IMG/VR virus record: IMGVR_UViG_3300002039_000003
Location: 1-18,317 of that record
DNA: 18,317 bases
Reading direction: 5' to 3' (one strand)
From: a virus
This document shows positions 6,085-15,400 of this stretch, piece by piece. The notes beneath the pieces were generated by a model. That model did not search any database, was not told where the DNA came from, and saw only the letters and a program-made list of their open reading frames with translations. How positions within the stretch are numbered: position 1 is the first letter of the stretch; every line of letters begins with the position of its first letter. A program made the translations under genes and the position numbers.

Positions 6085-6663
6085 ATGACTTGGGCACCGG
6101 ACTACGTCACATTGACAGAGGCCAAGGAGTATCTACGCATCGATGATGATGCCGACGATATGGAGTTGGGTTTTGCCATCTCTGCTGCTAGTCGAGCGAT
6201 CGACCGGTCAGCGGGGCGTCAGTTCGGTGCCGTCATAGCGGCTGAAGAGCGGGAGTTCGAAGCCGTTTACGATCGGAAAAAGAAAGACTACGTCGTCCAG
6301 ATAGATGACGTAATGAATGTGACTGGTTTGACAGTGGTCAGTAACTCGATCACTGTTGATGCTTCGGATTACAAACTGTATCCGTTGAACGCTGACAAGA
6401 AGTCAAGGCCCTGGACTGCGATTCGCACAGGTAGACAAGTAGCGACGGTGAACGTTACCGCCGTGTTTGGATGGTCCACGGTTCCCGACGGGGTTAAACA
6501 GGCTTGTTTGTTGCAGGCGTCACGCTTCTTTGTTCGCAAGAACTCGCCACTAGGCGTGGCAGGTACCCCCGATATGGGGTCGGAAATGCGCCTACTGAAC
6601 AAGGTAGACCCTGATGTGGAAGTCGCCTTAGGGCCATACAGAAGATGGTGGGCTATAGCGTGA
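6085..6663 (+). CDS. Head-tail connector / gp6-like (Phage_connect_1-type) protein
   Basis: ATG 6085 is 2 nt after the capsid stop. The N-terminus MTWAPDYVTLTEAKEYLRIDDDADD...AISAASRAID is typical of QLRG/gp6-like connectors. The upstream extension in the ORF track (5977) overlaps the capsid gene and is rejected. Confidence 0.75.
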   Translation: MTWAPDYVTLTEAKEYLRIDDDADDMELGFAISAASRAIDRSAGRQFGAVIAAEEREFEAVYDRKKKDYVVQIDDVMNVTGLTVVSNSITVDASDYKLYPLNADKKSRPWTAIRTGRQVATVNVTAVFGWSTVPDGVKQACLLQASRFFVRKNSPLGVAGTPDMGSEMRLLNKVDPDVEVALGPYRRWWAIA

Positions 6664-7424
6664 TCGTTCAAGACGTCATAGACGAGCTAGGCGACGCCTT
6701 AGACGAGATCGAAGGGCTTCGAGTGTTCCGGTACTTGCCAGACAGCGTATCCCCTCCTGTGGCCATTGTGGCCCTCCCAGAGCGCATAGACTTCGACGAG
6801 ACGTACGGTCGGGGATCAGATCGGCTCACTATAGACATAGCCATAATCGTGGACAAAGCCTACGACCGGACAGTCGTCGGGCGGATGTCCCCCTTCGCTT
6901 CCGGGTCCGGCGAGTCGGCAGTGAAGAACGCTCTAGAAACATATGACTCATACACGGCGTTCGACTGGGTACATGTCGATTACGCAGAGTTCGTACCCCA
7001 CGAACACGCCGGGCAAAGTTTCCTCTCCTGCGTGTTCACTGTCCAAGTAGTGGGTGTAGGTGACGCAGAAGCAAACCCTAGACCTATAACACCAGGCGGC
7101 CCCCCTGTGGTCGTCACGGACCTCTCATTCGGAGAGCACACAGCCACGACTATCGAACTGCTATCCTCAACAGGTGACGATGTCGTCCTGCCGTCTGCAA
7201 CTCCCACCCTGGCCGGGTTACTTTCAGCGGCAGACAAAGCCAGGCTCGACACACTACCGGGAACAGTTGGGGTATACGCCGCCGACCCGCTGATACCTAA
7301 CCTTCAAGCCGGGGACGTGTGGATCAACACCGACACAGGCGACCTCAAATTCTTCGACGGCACAGCCATCAACACGGTCGACAAAACTAAAAACGAGGAA
7401 CAATGGACCTCTTCAAACTGGTAA
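6645..7424 (+). CDS. Neck/tail-terminator-like N-terminal domain fused to a fibre-motif C-terminal extension
   Basis: 259 aa. An alternative start is GTG 6660, in a GTGA overlap with the upstream stop. The first ~135 aa sit in the neck-gene position. The C-terminus carries PTLAGLLSAADKARLDTLPG and GDVWINTDTGDLKFFDG, motifs I recognise from phage fibre/whisker proteins. Confidence 0.4.
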   Translation: MVGYSVIVQDVIDELGDALDEIEGLRVFRYLPDSVSPPVAIVALPERIDFDETYGRGSDRLTIDIAIIVDKAYDRTVVGRMSPFASGSGESAVKNALETYDSYTAFDWVHVDYAEFVPHEHAGQSFLSCVFTVQVVGVGDAEANPRPITPGGPPVVVTDLSFGEHTATTIELLSSTGDDVVLPSATPTLAGLLSAADKARLDTLPGTVGVYAADPLIPNLQAGDVWINTDTGDLKFFDGTAINTVDKTKNEEQWTSSNW

Positions 7425-7434
7425 GGTATAAATA

Positions 7435-8073
7435 ATGAGTAGTCAAATCAAGTTCTTTAAAGAGTCAACCCTTCCCGGTACGTTGGAGGCCGATGCGGTT
7501 TACTTCATCGAGGCCGCTGACCCGTCCGGTGGTTCGGGCGATTACGCTGAGTTCTATGTGACTGACAATGCGGGCGTAGCCCACGGAGTTGGCACACAAT
7601 CGTGGGTTACTGCTATCGGTGGTACAGGCGGCACCGACGTTGCTGTGGCTTCCGGCACGGTAACAGGTACAAACCTTGTGCTCACGCTAACCGATTCGAC
7701 CACTGTCACCGTTGACGTTACCGCTTTACAGGCCGACATCAGGGTCACAGGCGGCGTGTTCAACAGTGGAACCAACGAGATCGACTTCACCATGTCAGAC
7801 TCGTCCACCTTCTCAGTCCCAGTAGCAGCGCTACTCCCAATCACTTCAGATGCCTCTCTAACTGGAGATGGGGGAGGTACGCCCCTGAGCGTCGCTATTT
7901 CACCTGACGCCAACCAGGGGTTAACACTCAACGCCAACGGCCTATACGTCGACTCGTCAGACTTTCACGCCCACACCAACAAAGCAGAACTCGACAAAGT
8001 CACAGAGGACGCTAACGGATGCCAACTGTACGACGGGAACTACCCCGACTACTGGACCACGGCAGGCTGGTAA
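7435..8073 (+). CDS. Fibre-like structural protein (shared N-terminal module, two beta-rich internal repeats, HxHxNKxxLD C-terminal motif)
   Basis: 212 aa. The N-terminus ...STLPGTLEADAVYFIE...YAEFYVTDNAGVA parallels the next gene. The internal pair is GTNLVLTLTDSTTVTVDVTAL / GTNEIDFTMSDSSTFSVPVAAL. The C-terminus has HAHTNKAELDKVT. Confidence 0.45.
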   Translation: MSSQIKFFKESTLPGTLEADAVYFIEAADPSGGSGDYAEFYVTDNAGVAHGVGTQSWVTAIGGTGGTDVAVASGTVTGTNLVLTLTDSTTVTVDVTALQADIRVTGGVFNSGTNEIDFTMSDSSTFSVPVAALLPITSDASLTGDGGGTPLSVAISPDANQGLTLNANGLYVDSSDFHAHTNKAELDKVTEDANGCQLYDGNYPDYWTTAGW

Positions 8074-8076
8074 CAA

Positions 8077-8766
8077 ATGGCCACCCCTTTAAAACAACAC
8101 AAAGCCGTATCCGCATTACCCGCAACCCTGGAACCGGACTCGATCTACTACGTCAGGACAGGGGACGGGTACGACCAGTACGTCACAAACTCGGCAGGCG
8201 TAGCGTTCACGGCTAACCATCCGAAGCGCAAATACCGGCAGTCGATCTCAGGGCGGTTCTACGTCTACACAGACTACAGGTGGGTGACCCCGTTCGACGA
8301 CAACTACGGTCACGCCTACTACCAGTGGGCAGAGTCAGGCGGCACCGGCGCTAACCCTATAATTGAATGGGAACATCAGGGCCTCATAATCCCCCCTGGG
8401 ACCAGAGTCACGAACTTTAAGATGTTTGGTCGAGCCACGTCGACTCAGTTTACCGATTGGCAGATACGGCTATACAAAGTCGTACCATCAACCACGGGCC
8501 GCTGGGAAGGAGTGGGGGTCGACAACGACGCTGAGATTGTCAGCACGGAGCTGCATAACGACCTGTTCTACGCCCCCGCTGTCGGCACGGCCATGACTGG
8601 TGCTATCAATGACCGGCACATGCGGGAGGTTGACCTGTCAAGTAACACGGACGCCGAGTTTCCTGACCTTGGAGAGCTTCGGCTGTATATCAAACCGGTA
8701 GGCACCGCTGTCACGGCAACAAGATACATTCAGTCGACTATACTAATCGAAACGCAAGATATCTAA
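8077..8766 (+). CDS. Structural protein with the same N-terminal module and a distinct beta-rich C-terminal domain
   Basis: 229 aa. The N-terminus ...SALPATLEPDSIYYVR...YDQYVTNSAGVA is paralogous to 7435..8073. The remainder has no motif I recognise. Confidence 0.4.
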   Translation: MATPLKQHKAVSALPATLEPDSIYYVRTGDGYDQYVTNSAGVAFTANHPKRKYRQSISGRFYVYTDYRWVTPFDDNYGHAYYQWAESGGTGANPIIEWEHQGLIIPPGTRVTNFKMFGRATSTQFTDWQIRLYKVVPSTTGRWEGVGVDNDAEIVSTELHNDLFYAPAVGTAMTGAINDRHMREVDLSSNTDAEFPDLGELRLYIKPVGTAVTATRYIQSTILIETQDI

Positions 8767-8781
8767 GATAGGATAAAGGCT

Positions 8782-9189
8782 ATGGCTTTCACTCACGGCA
8801 AAAATACCAGCGTAACTGTTAATGGTACAGACATTTCTCAGTACACTTCCAGCTCGGAACTTGGACGGTCTACGGACACCCACGACGTCAGCGCTTACGG
8901 CAACATGTCGAAGCATTACATTGGCGGGTTGACCGACTCGACGTTCTCCTGCGAAGGGCATTACGACAACACTGCTAGCACTGGCCCACGTGCCGTGTTG
9001 CTTGCGATTCAGGACGGTTCCGCTGTACCTATCATTCGACAGGGTGAAGGGGCTGGTTCAGGGCTTCCGCAAGACTCGTTTAACGCTATCTGCACGTCAT
9101 ACGTAGAGACTAACCCTGTAGCTGATAAAGTATCATGGTCGGCTGATTTTCAAGTCAGCGGCGACGTAGACACAACCCCACAAGCGTAA
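8782..9189 (+). CDS. Major tail protein (small, siphovirus tube protein)
   Basis: 135 aa, directly upstream of the tail chaperone pair and tape measure. Typical pattern G.N..V.VNG.DIS.Y......S.D.HDVSAYG......GL.D.T.S..G.YD. Confidence 0.7.
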   Translation: MAFTHGKNTSVTVNGTDISQYTSSSELGRSTDTHDVSAYGNMSKHYIGGLTDSTFSCEGHYDNTASTGPRAVLLAIQDGSAVPIIRQGEGAGSGLPQDSFNAICTSYVETNPVADKVSWSADFQVSGDVDTTPQA

Positions 9190-9190
9190 G

Positions 9191-9535
9191 GTGGACATGA
9201 CGAAACTAACAGCCCAAGATCTCATAGACGCAGCAAAGGAGTCTCAAGACACTCAGGAGGTAGAAATCCCTGGTGTCGGGACTATCCTTATTCGCACACT
9301 GCGCCGGAACGAGGTTATGATGGCCAGTGACCGTAAGAGTAAAGACATTGAACCGTTTTTGCTGTCCAGGGCTATCGTGGAACCTCGGATGTCCATAAGC
9401 CAGGTCAGGACATGGTTAGAGAACGCCCCATCTGGGATGGTGCAGCCACTAGTCGACCTCGTTCAGGAATTATCAGGACTCACAGATAAGGCGGGTAAGG
9501 AGTCGGTAGAGCGGTTTCCTGGCGAATCCGAGTAG
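9191..9535 (+). CDS. Tail assembly chaperone (gpG-like)
   Basis: 114 aa, acidic, between the major tail protein and the tape measure. The start is GTG 9191 or ATG 9197. The stop is TAG 9533..9535. Confidence 0.65.
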   Translation: MDMTKLTAQDLIDAAKESQDTQEVEIPGVGTILIRTLRRNEVMMASDRKSKDIEPFLLSRAIVEPRMSISQVRTWLENAPSGMVQPLVDLVQELSGLTDKAGKESVERFPGESE

Positions 9536-9692
9536 TCAATTCACGTTCTTCCTGGCCACCAAGCTGGGCATGACGGTTGAGAACCTGAGGGCTACCATGT
9601 CCAATACCGAGTTCATCGACTGGCAAAGCTACTACAGCCTCAAAGCACAGCGAGAAGAACTCGAAATGAAGAAAGCGAAAACACGGAAATGA
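9191..9692 (+). CDS. Tail assembly chaperone, frameshift-extended form (gpGT-like); the extension is in the +1 frame
   Basis: The +1 frame is open from 9510 (TAG at 9507..9509) to TGA 9690..9692 and has no SD-preceded start. It encodes ...LANPSSQFTFFLATKLGMTVENLRATMSNTEFIDWQSYYSLKAQREELEMKKAKTRK. It ends in an ATGA overlap with the next gene. The -1 frame is closed by TGA 9571..9573. Confidence 0.45.
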
Positions 9693-10105
9693 TTGAGCCG
9701 GTCAAGATAGAAGGGTTGAAACTCTTCACTAAGAACTTGAAGAAGATCGATAAGGATCTCCCCAAGATGGTTCGCTTGGCCCTCAATCAGGCTTCTGACA
9801 CTGTCGTCGATCGTGCCGTGCCTAAAGTGCCCGTCAAGAGCGGGCGAGCTAGACGAACACTGAAAGCCCAGTCGACCCGTTCAGCGGCTCGTGTGGCAGC
9901 CGGTTCTAGGAAGGCACCATACTACGCCTGGCTCGACTTCGGTGGGCGTGTAGGCAAGAACAAATCAGTGGTTAGGCCCTTCAAGAAAGAAGGTCGTTAC
10001 CTGTACAAAGCCTATTTCGAAGCTAAACGGTCAGGTGAATTTGATACAATTCTAGATAAAGCGTTGATCGAGGTCGCCGAGGCGGCAGGCTTAAAGGTGA
10101 GATAA
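9689..10105 (+). CDS. HK97 gp10-family head-tail (neck) protein
   Basis: 138 aa. The pattern ...ASDTVVDRAVPKVPVKSGRARRTLKA.........APYYAWLDFGG... matches my recollection of the HK97_gp10-like family (aP..tG.L..s...Y....efG). Confidence 0.5.
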   Translation: MIEPVKIEGLKLFTKNLKKIDKDLPKMVRLALNQASDTVVDRAVPKVPVKSGRARRTLKAQSTRSAARVAAGSRKAPYYAWLDFGGRVGKNKSVVRPFKKEGRYLYKAYFEAKRSGEFDTILDKALIEVAEAAGLKVR

Positions 10106-11574
10106 TGGCCTCAAAAGGTAAAGTAGTCCTGACATTCGCAGGTGACTCGAAGGACCTCGAAAAGGCTTTCGATCGGGTTGGGCAGTCCGCACAAACGATG
10201 TCTGACGAAGTGAATAGGGCCACACGGTCAATGGGGGACGGGTCCTACATCGACTCGGGCCGAGTTGCCGAATCCTTCGACCGCATCGACCAGTCCGCTA
10301 TGGGTTTCCGTGACGGCATCACAGGTATCCAAGACTCGCAAGAGGCGTGGTCTAACATCTCGGGTCAAACTACCGAGGCCGTCGAAGAGCAAGCTAGCGC
10401 TATGGATAAAGCTGTAGCTAAGCATAAAAAGCTGTCCAGCGAGCTTGACGGCCTTGAGGCAAAGCAGCAGGGGTACAAGGACCGGCTACGGGAACTTAAA
10501 CAGCTCGACAAGGAAAGCTTGACCGAAGGTCAGGTCGCAGAGATCAAACGCCTAGAGGACGCATCCTACGACCTCGGCAAAGAGATCAAACTGTCTAGCG
10601 AGGCCGTCAAGTCGTCTGGTGACGCATCTAAGGAGGCTGGGCGAGAACTTGAGGCGCTGGAAAAGAAACAGTTGGGCGTCATGGACACCGCCTTCCTTGC
10701 CGCCTCTGGCGTGGGCGACCTAGCGTCATCCGTAGTCAACCTGGGTGTGCCGATGGCCCAGGCCGTCAAGTGGGTCAGCGCCCTTAGTGTGGCTCAAACC
10801 AAGAACGCAGCGACCGCCACGGCCTCGGCTGCTTCGTCGGCTGCATCAACCGTCGCCGCCGTAGCTACTCAGGTAGCGGCTTGGATAGTACTAGGTGTCC
10901 AGTCCCTAATCTCGGCGGCTGCTGTGGCTGCTGCATGGCTGTTATCTATATGGCCAATAGCTCTAGTTATCGTCGCCGTGGTGGCTTTAGGTGTACTCAT
11001 ATACAAGAACTGGGAGAAGATCAAGACAGTCATCTCGAAGGGCTGGGACTACGTTAAGAATGTGAGCGCTAAAGTTTGGGCAGGGATTAAGGCCGTCGTG
11101 ATGGGTGCCATCAAAGTTGCAGTCGGCTACGTGAAGTTTCAGATCAACGTGGTGAAGGGTATATTCAGGACTTTACGGTCAGCGATCTCCGCAATTATGT
11201 CAGGTGTGGCTAGAGCTATTACTGCCCCGTTCCGTAAGGGTTTCGGAGCTATCAGGGGCATATGGAACCGGGCTATCGGTGGTAAAGGCTTCACCGTGCC
11301 TGACTGGGTTCCGGGCGTTGGCGGTCGAGCCTTCAACATTCCCAAACTGGCTAAAGGCGGTTTGGTCAAGCACAGCCCCGGTGGTGTCCTGGCAAACATC
11401 TCTGAAGGCGGCAAAGACGAAGCCGTGATCCCTCTAGACAGGCTCGAAAGGATGCTAGGTGTCGGCAACGGCAGCGGTGCTCCTGCCGTCGTCGTTAACG
11501 TTAGCGGGTCTATCGTGTCCGAGCGTGATATCATTGACATCGTTCGAGAAGCGACCCGTAGAGGTTCCCTGTAA
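10105..11574 (+). CDS. Tape measure protein
   Basis: 489 aa. The N-terminal half is coiled-coil. A central Ala-rich region is followed by hydrophobic helices (AAWIVLGVQSLISAAAVAAAWLLSIWPIALVIVAVVALGVLIY). The position after the chaperones is canonical. TAATG overlaps occur at both ends. Confidence 0.85.
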   Translation: MASKGKVVLTFAGDSKDLEKAFDRVGQSAQTMSDEVNRATRSMGDGSYIDSGRVAESFDRIDQSAMGFRDGITGIQDSQEAWSNISGQTTEAVEEQASAMDKAVAKHKKLSSELDGLEAKQQGYKDRLRELKQLDKESLTEGQVAEIKRLEDASYDLGKEIKLSSEAVKSSGDASKEAGRELEALEKKQLGVMDTAFLAASGVGDLASSVVNLGVPMAQAVKWVSALSVAQTKNAATATASAASSAASTVAAVATQVAAWIVLGVQSLISAAAVAAAWLLSIWPIALVIVAVVALGVLIYKNWEKIKTVISKGWDYVKNVSAKVWAGIKAVVMGAIKVAVGYVKFQINVVKGIFRTLRSAISAIMSGVARAITAPFRKGFGAIRGIWNRAIGGKGFTVPDWVPGVGGRAFNIPKLAKGGLVKHSPGGVLANISEGGKDEAVIPLDRLERMLGVGNGSGAPAVVVNVSGSIVSERDIIDIVREATRRGSL

Positions 11575-12467
11575 TGTTCAGAATCCCCAACACAGCTAAA
11601 AGCGAGATCCTAGCCGAAGGGTTAACAGTAGCGTGGAAACTCCACCTATTCGTCAACGACGTCACAGCAGGGTTAACCCCCGGGCAAGTCAACGACCTTG
11701 AAACGTCAGACTTCACGGAAGCTGCGTTCCCCGGATATTCGTCTGCGACGCTGTCCGCCGCTGGGTGGACGTTCACGCCCGGCGACCCTGGCCTGGCGAC
11801 CCGTGGGGCTGAGACGTTCACGCTGTCGTCGAATACCAGCGCAACTAACGTGTACGGATACTACTTTACACGCTCAAACGGGGGCCAGATTAGAGGCTTT
11901 CGTCAGTGGACTGCCCCACGCATATTCGAGTTCTCGGGCGACGAGCTAACCATCTCGCCTGCCATATTCCTCTCCGACAAGCAAGGTGACCTAATGCATA
12001 CCGGATCTTCTGTAGATTTCCGTGGAACTACTGCCCCCGATGGGTGGCTTCTAGAGGACGGTTCCGCTGTGAGCCGCACCGTGTACCCGGACCTGTTCGC
12101 CGTGATCGGTGAAACGTACGGTTCAGGCGATGGATCAACAACGTTCAACCTTCCTGACTCCCGTGGCCGTTTCCGGCTAGGTAAGGCCGCTAGTGGTACG
12201 GGTTCCGTAGTGGGCGAAACAGGCGGAGAGCTGGACCACACCCACGACCTCGACGGTGATGGTGCTCACGCCCGCATCTTCCAGTCCGGCTCAGGTACGA
12301 GGCATCAGCGCATCGGTGGTCTCACCCCGTGGGCTATCAACGTAGAATACCCGGCATCGGGCGGGTTTACACCGACAACGTCGTCCAGTAACGGTACAAG
12401 ACTAGGCGGCGCTTCTGACACTTCCAATCCAGCGTACTTGGCAGCAACCTCAATAATCAAGCACTAG
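11574..12467 (+). CDS. Tail fibre protein with a phage tail-collar domain
   Basis: 297 aa. APDGWLLEDGSAVSRTVYPDLFAVIGETYGSGDGSTTFNLPDSRGRF is a close match to the Collar (PF07484-type) consensus P.GW..CDG......Y..LF..IG..YG.GDG.TTF.LPD.RGR. Confidence 0.75.
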   Translation: MFRIPNTAKSEILAEGLTVAWKLHLFVNDVTAGLTPGQVNDLETSDFTEAAFPGYSSATLSAAGWTFTPGDPGLATRGAETFTLSSNTSATNVYGYYFTRSNGGQIRGFRQWTAPRIFEFSGDELTISPAIFLSDKQGDLMHTGSSVDFRGTTAPDGWLLEDGSAVSRTVYPDLFAVIGETYGSGDGSTTFNLPDSRGRFRLGKAASGTGSVVGETGGELDHTHDLDGDGAHARIFQSGSGTRHQRIGGLTPWAINVEYPASGGFTPTTSSSNGTRLGGASDTSNPAYLAATSIIKH

Positions 12468-12477
12468 ACTTGAGGTC

Positions 12478-15400
12478 ATGACGACCTTTCCCACATTTGT
12501 TACATCCTCAACGGCATCGACAACGTCGAACTCTGGCACCTTAACGATAACTCTACCTTCCGGTATACAGGCCGACGACAGGTTGCTCCTAGTCGGCGTA
12601 GTCGAGGGCATACGAACAGACGCCACAGCCCCATCAGGGTGGGACGTCCTAGGAGACAATGACTCGTCCCACACTTCCTGGCTGCTAAGCAAGAAAGCCA
12701 CAGGAACCGAATCGGGCTCTACAGCGACGTTCACGTTCCCCACAACAGCGACCTCAGCAGCTATGTGCTGGGTTATCCGAGGCGTTGACCCTGCCACCGA
12801 CCCGGAAGCTTCCACCTATGCCACGGGCATAGCGTCCTCCGTGAACGGCCCCGGGGTTACAGCTAGTTGGGGGGCCGACAATAACCTGTTCGTGGCTGTG
12901 TGTGGGGCGTCCGACGACGGTGCGACCATATCGGCGTACCCTACCGGTTACAACTACCAGCAGCAGTACATGTCAGGCGGGGGTGGCACGAACAACGATC
13001 AGGCTATAGCGGTCTGTTCGGCCCAGCTGGCCAGCGCCACAGGGGACCCGTCCCTGTTTAGCTGGTCTGAACTTGAGGCCCTCTCAGCGATTACAGTAGC
13101 GTTCCGACCCATCCCCGACCCTCCGCCTCCTCCCACGATCCCTTCCGGGCACCCTTCCGGGTACAGTGTAGGTGATGACTCTAGCGTGAGTTTCTCCAAC
13201 ACTGTCACCCGAACCGAAGCCGACCTGGAAATCCTGGTCGATTGGGACGGCGACGGAGATTTCGACGAGGACATCGAGAACGTGACCGGCCTAGTCCTCG
13301 ATCATTCAACGACGATCGGGCGTGATCAGGCGTCACAGTACCGTGGTAGAGTGACCCCCGGCCAGTTGCAGATGAGGCTCAACAACGACGATTGCAGGTT
13401 CTCTCAGTTCAACACGGAATCGCCTCTCGTGACGGCACCCTACTCCCTCGATCAGGGCCACAAGGTTCGTGTGCAAGTAGCTGGGACTGTCAACAACGAC
13501 CCTGTCCGTATCGCTGGTACACGCTTCGAGTCAGGCATCGAAGTGGACGACTTCGGCACACCTTGGGTTCACCAATCGTTAGGCGGCTTCATATCCGACG
13601 ACGGGCAAGGCGTAGTCCCACGACAACAATTCACAGGCGGAGACCGCTCCGTGTCAACACTCGACGTAGGCACCACTGACGGCGTAGCGTGGGCAGAGTT
13701 CGACAAGAAAGACATGGAGTCCGAACCGGGCATCATGTACCGGCTCTCAGACTCAGGCACATACGGGCAAGTAATCTTGGACCGCCGAAGCTTCAACAAA
13801 GGGTACCTCCAACACTGGACCCGTACGGGCGGGGGCAGCCATGTCATGCAATCCGAAGTCCTCGTCGAAGATCTGGAATCCTCAGCTATCTTCATCGACG
13901 TCCAGGGCGACCAGATACGCTACGGCCTCAACGGCGAAACACTCGCCTACGACACAGCGTTCACAGGCACTGGCACCAACTGGGGCCTATACTGCATCTG
14001 GCGAGGCAAAATCAAACCACGATTCCGAGAGTTTCAAATGTGGGACCGCCGCTACGTGCCCAACGAGGGCGTACTGTGGACCGGCAGACTGTCGAGTATC
14101 GAACCGTCAGGCGACGTCAACGGCCTCGAAATAGCGACAATCAAGGCTGAAGGTTTCCTGGCCTCTGGCGCAGACGTGGACGTGGAAGGCGTCAAGACAG
14201 TAGGTACGACAGGCAACATATCCCCCGGCGTCCCTTGCGGCGTGGCCGTGGGTAACGCACTACGCCAGGGCGGGCTACTGCACCCTCCTGGCCCGATCTA
14301 CTCGGACCATGTTATCGGCAGCGACTACCAGGTATCCGGCAAAGCTTTAGACTTGATGAGGGACGCTGAACACGCCGAACAAGGCCGCCTGTACGAGACC
14401 GTAGAAGGCCCTATAGGTCTATTTTCACGCGGGTTCAACACTGGTGTAGTTCATTCCGAGTGGGCCGACGACGAGGGAGCACAGTTCAGATTCGAAACAG
14501 TCAAGCTCAGAGATTACCGAGGCGACTTGGTCAACCGTGCAGACGCCAAAGTGGCTCCAGCAGCACCCACCTTCTACATTGGTGCACACAACGCCGGGAA
14601 CGGCCCTGTAGGTGCGGAGGTGTCCATAGCGTTAACGCTTCCAGACCTGGCGCCGTTCGGCACCCAACCCGGTGAACTATTGTTCGTCACGGCAGTCTCC
14701 AGCGTCTACAACAAAGACACATCATGGCTGACCCCTCAAGGCTTCAAGATGGTCGTGGACCCCGGCGCTAACGACGGCCACCCAGCAGTGTACGTAAAAG
14801 TCCTAACAGAGGACGACATCAACGACCCCCCTCAATGGGTTTTCTATAAGGATACTGACCGTCCAGGTGGTGCGTGGGCGTACGAATGGGGCGTAGTGCG
14901 TGACTGGTACGGCCAGATCGACGGCGGCGTGAACGCCACACATACAGCCGTGGGCGGTTCCGGGTCGTCCGTGCTAGCGGCACGTGATATGAGGATAGAC
15001 GCAGCGCCCTTGACACCACCTGGCGGCACGGCTCCTCACCTGTTCTTCACGGGCCTATTCGGTATCGACACTTCCGCCAACTTCAACCCGAACGTGGCAA
15101 CCTTCACAGACGAGACCGCCCCGCACAGGTATTTCTACCACAACCAGAAAGTCGAAATCCACCCAACCAACCCAGGCTACAACGCAGGGTTTGTACTTGC
15201 CCGCAAATACGGCGTAGCGTCCAGCGAGACGCCTACAAGGTTCGATGATGACTTCAGAAACTTCCAGAACCTCAGCGCCGTCACGTTGGCTGTACGAGGC
15301 CGTGAAGGTAGCACGCTTGTTCAAGACTCGAAAGAGTCCATAGCAGCGGTAGGGGCCATCAAATCGTGGGACTACGAGGGAGCCAAATTCGACAACGAAA

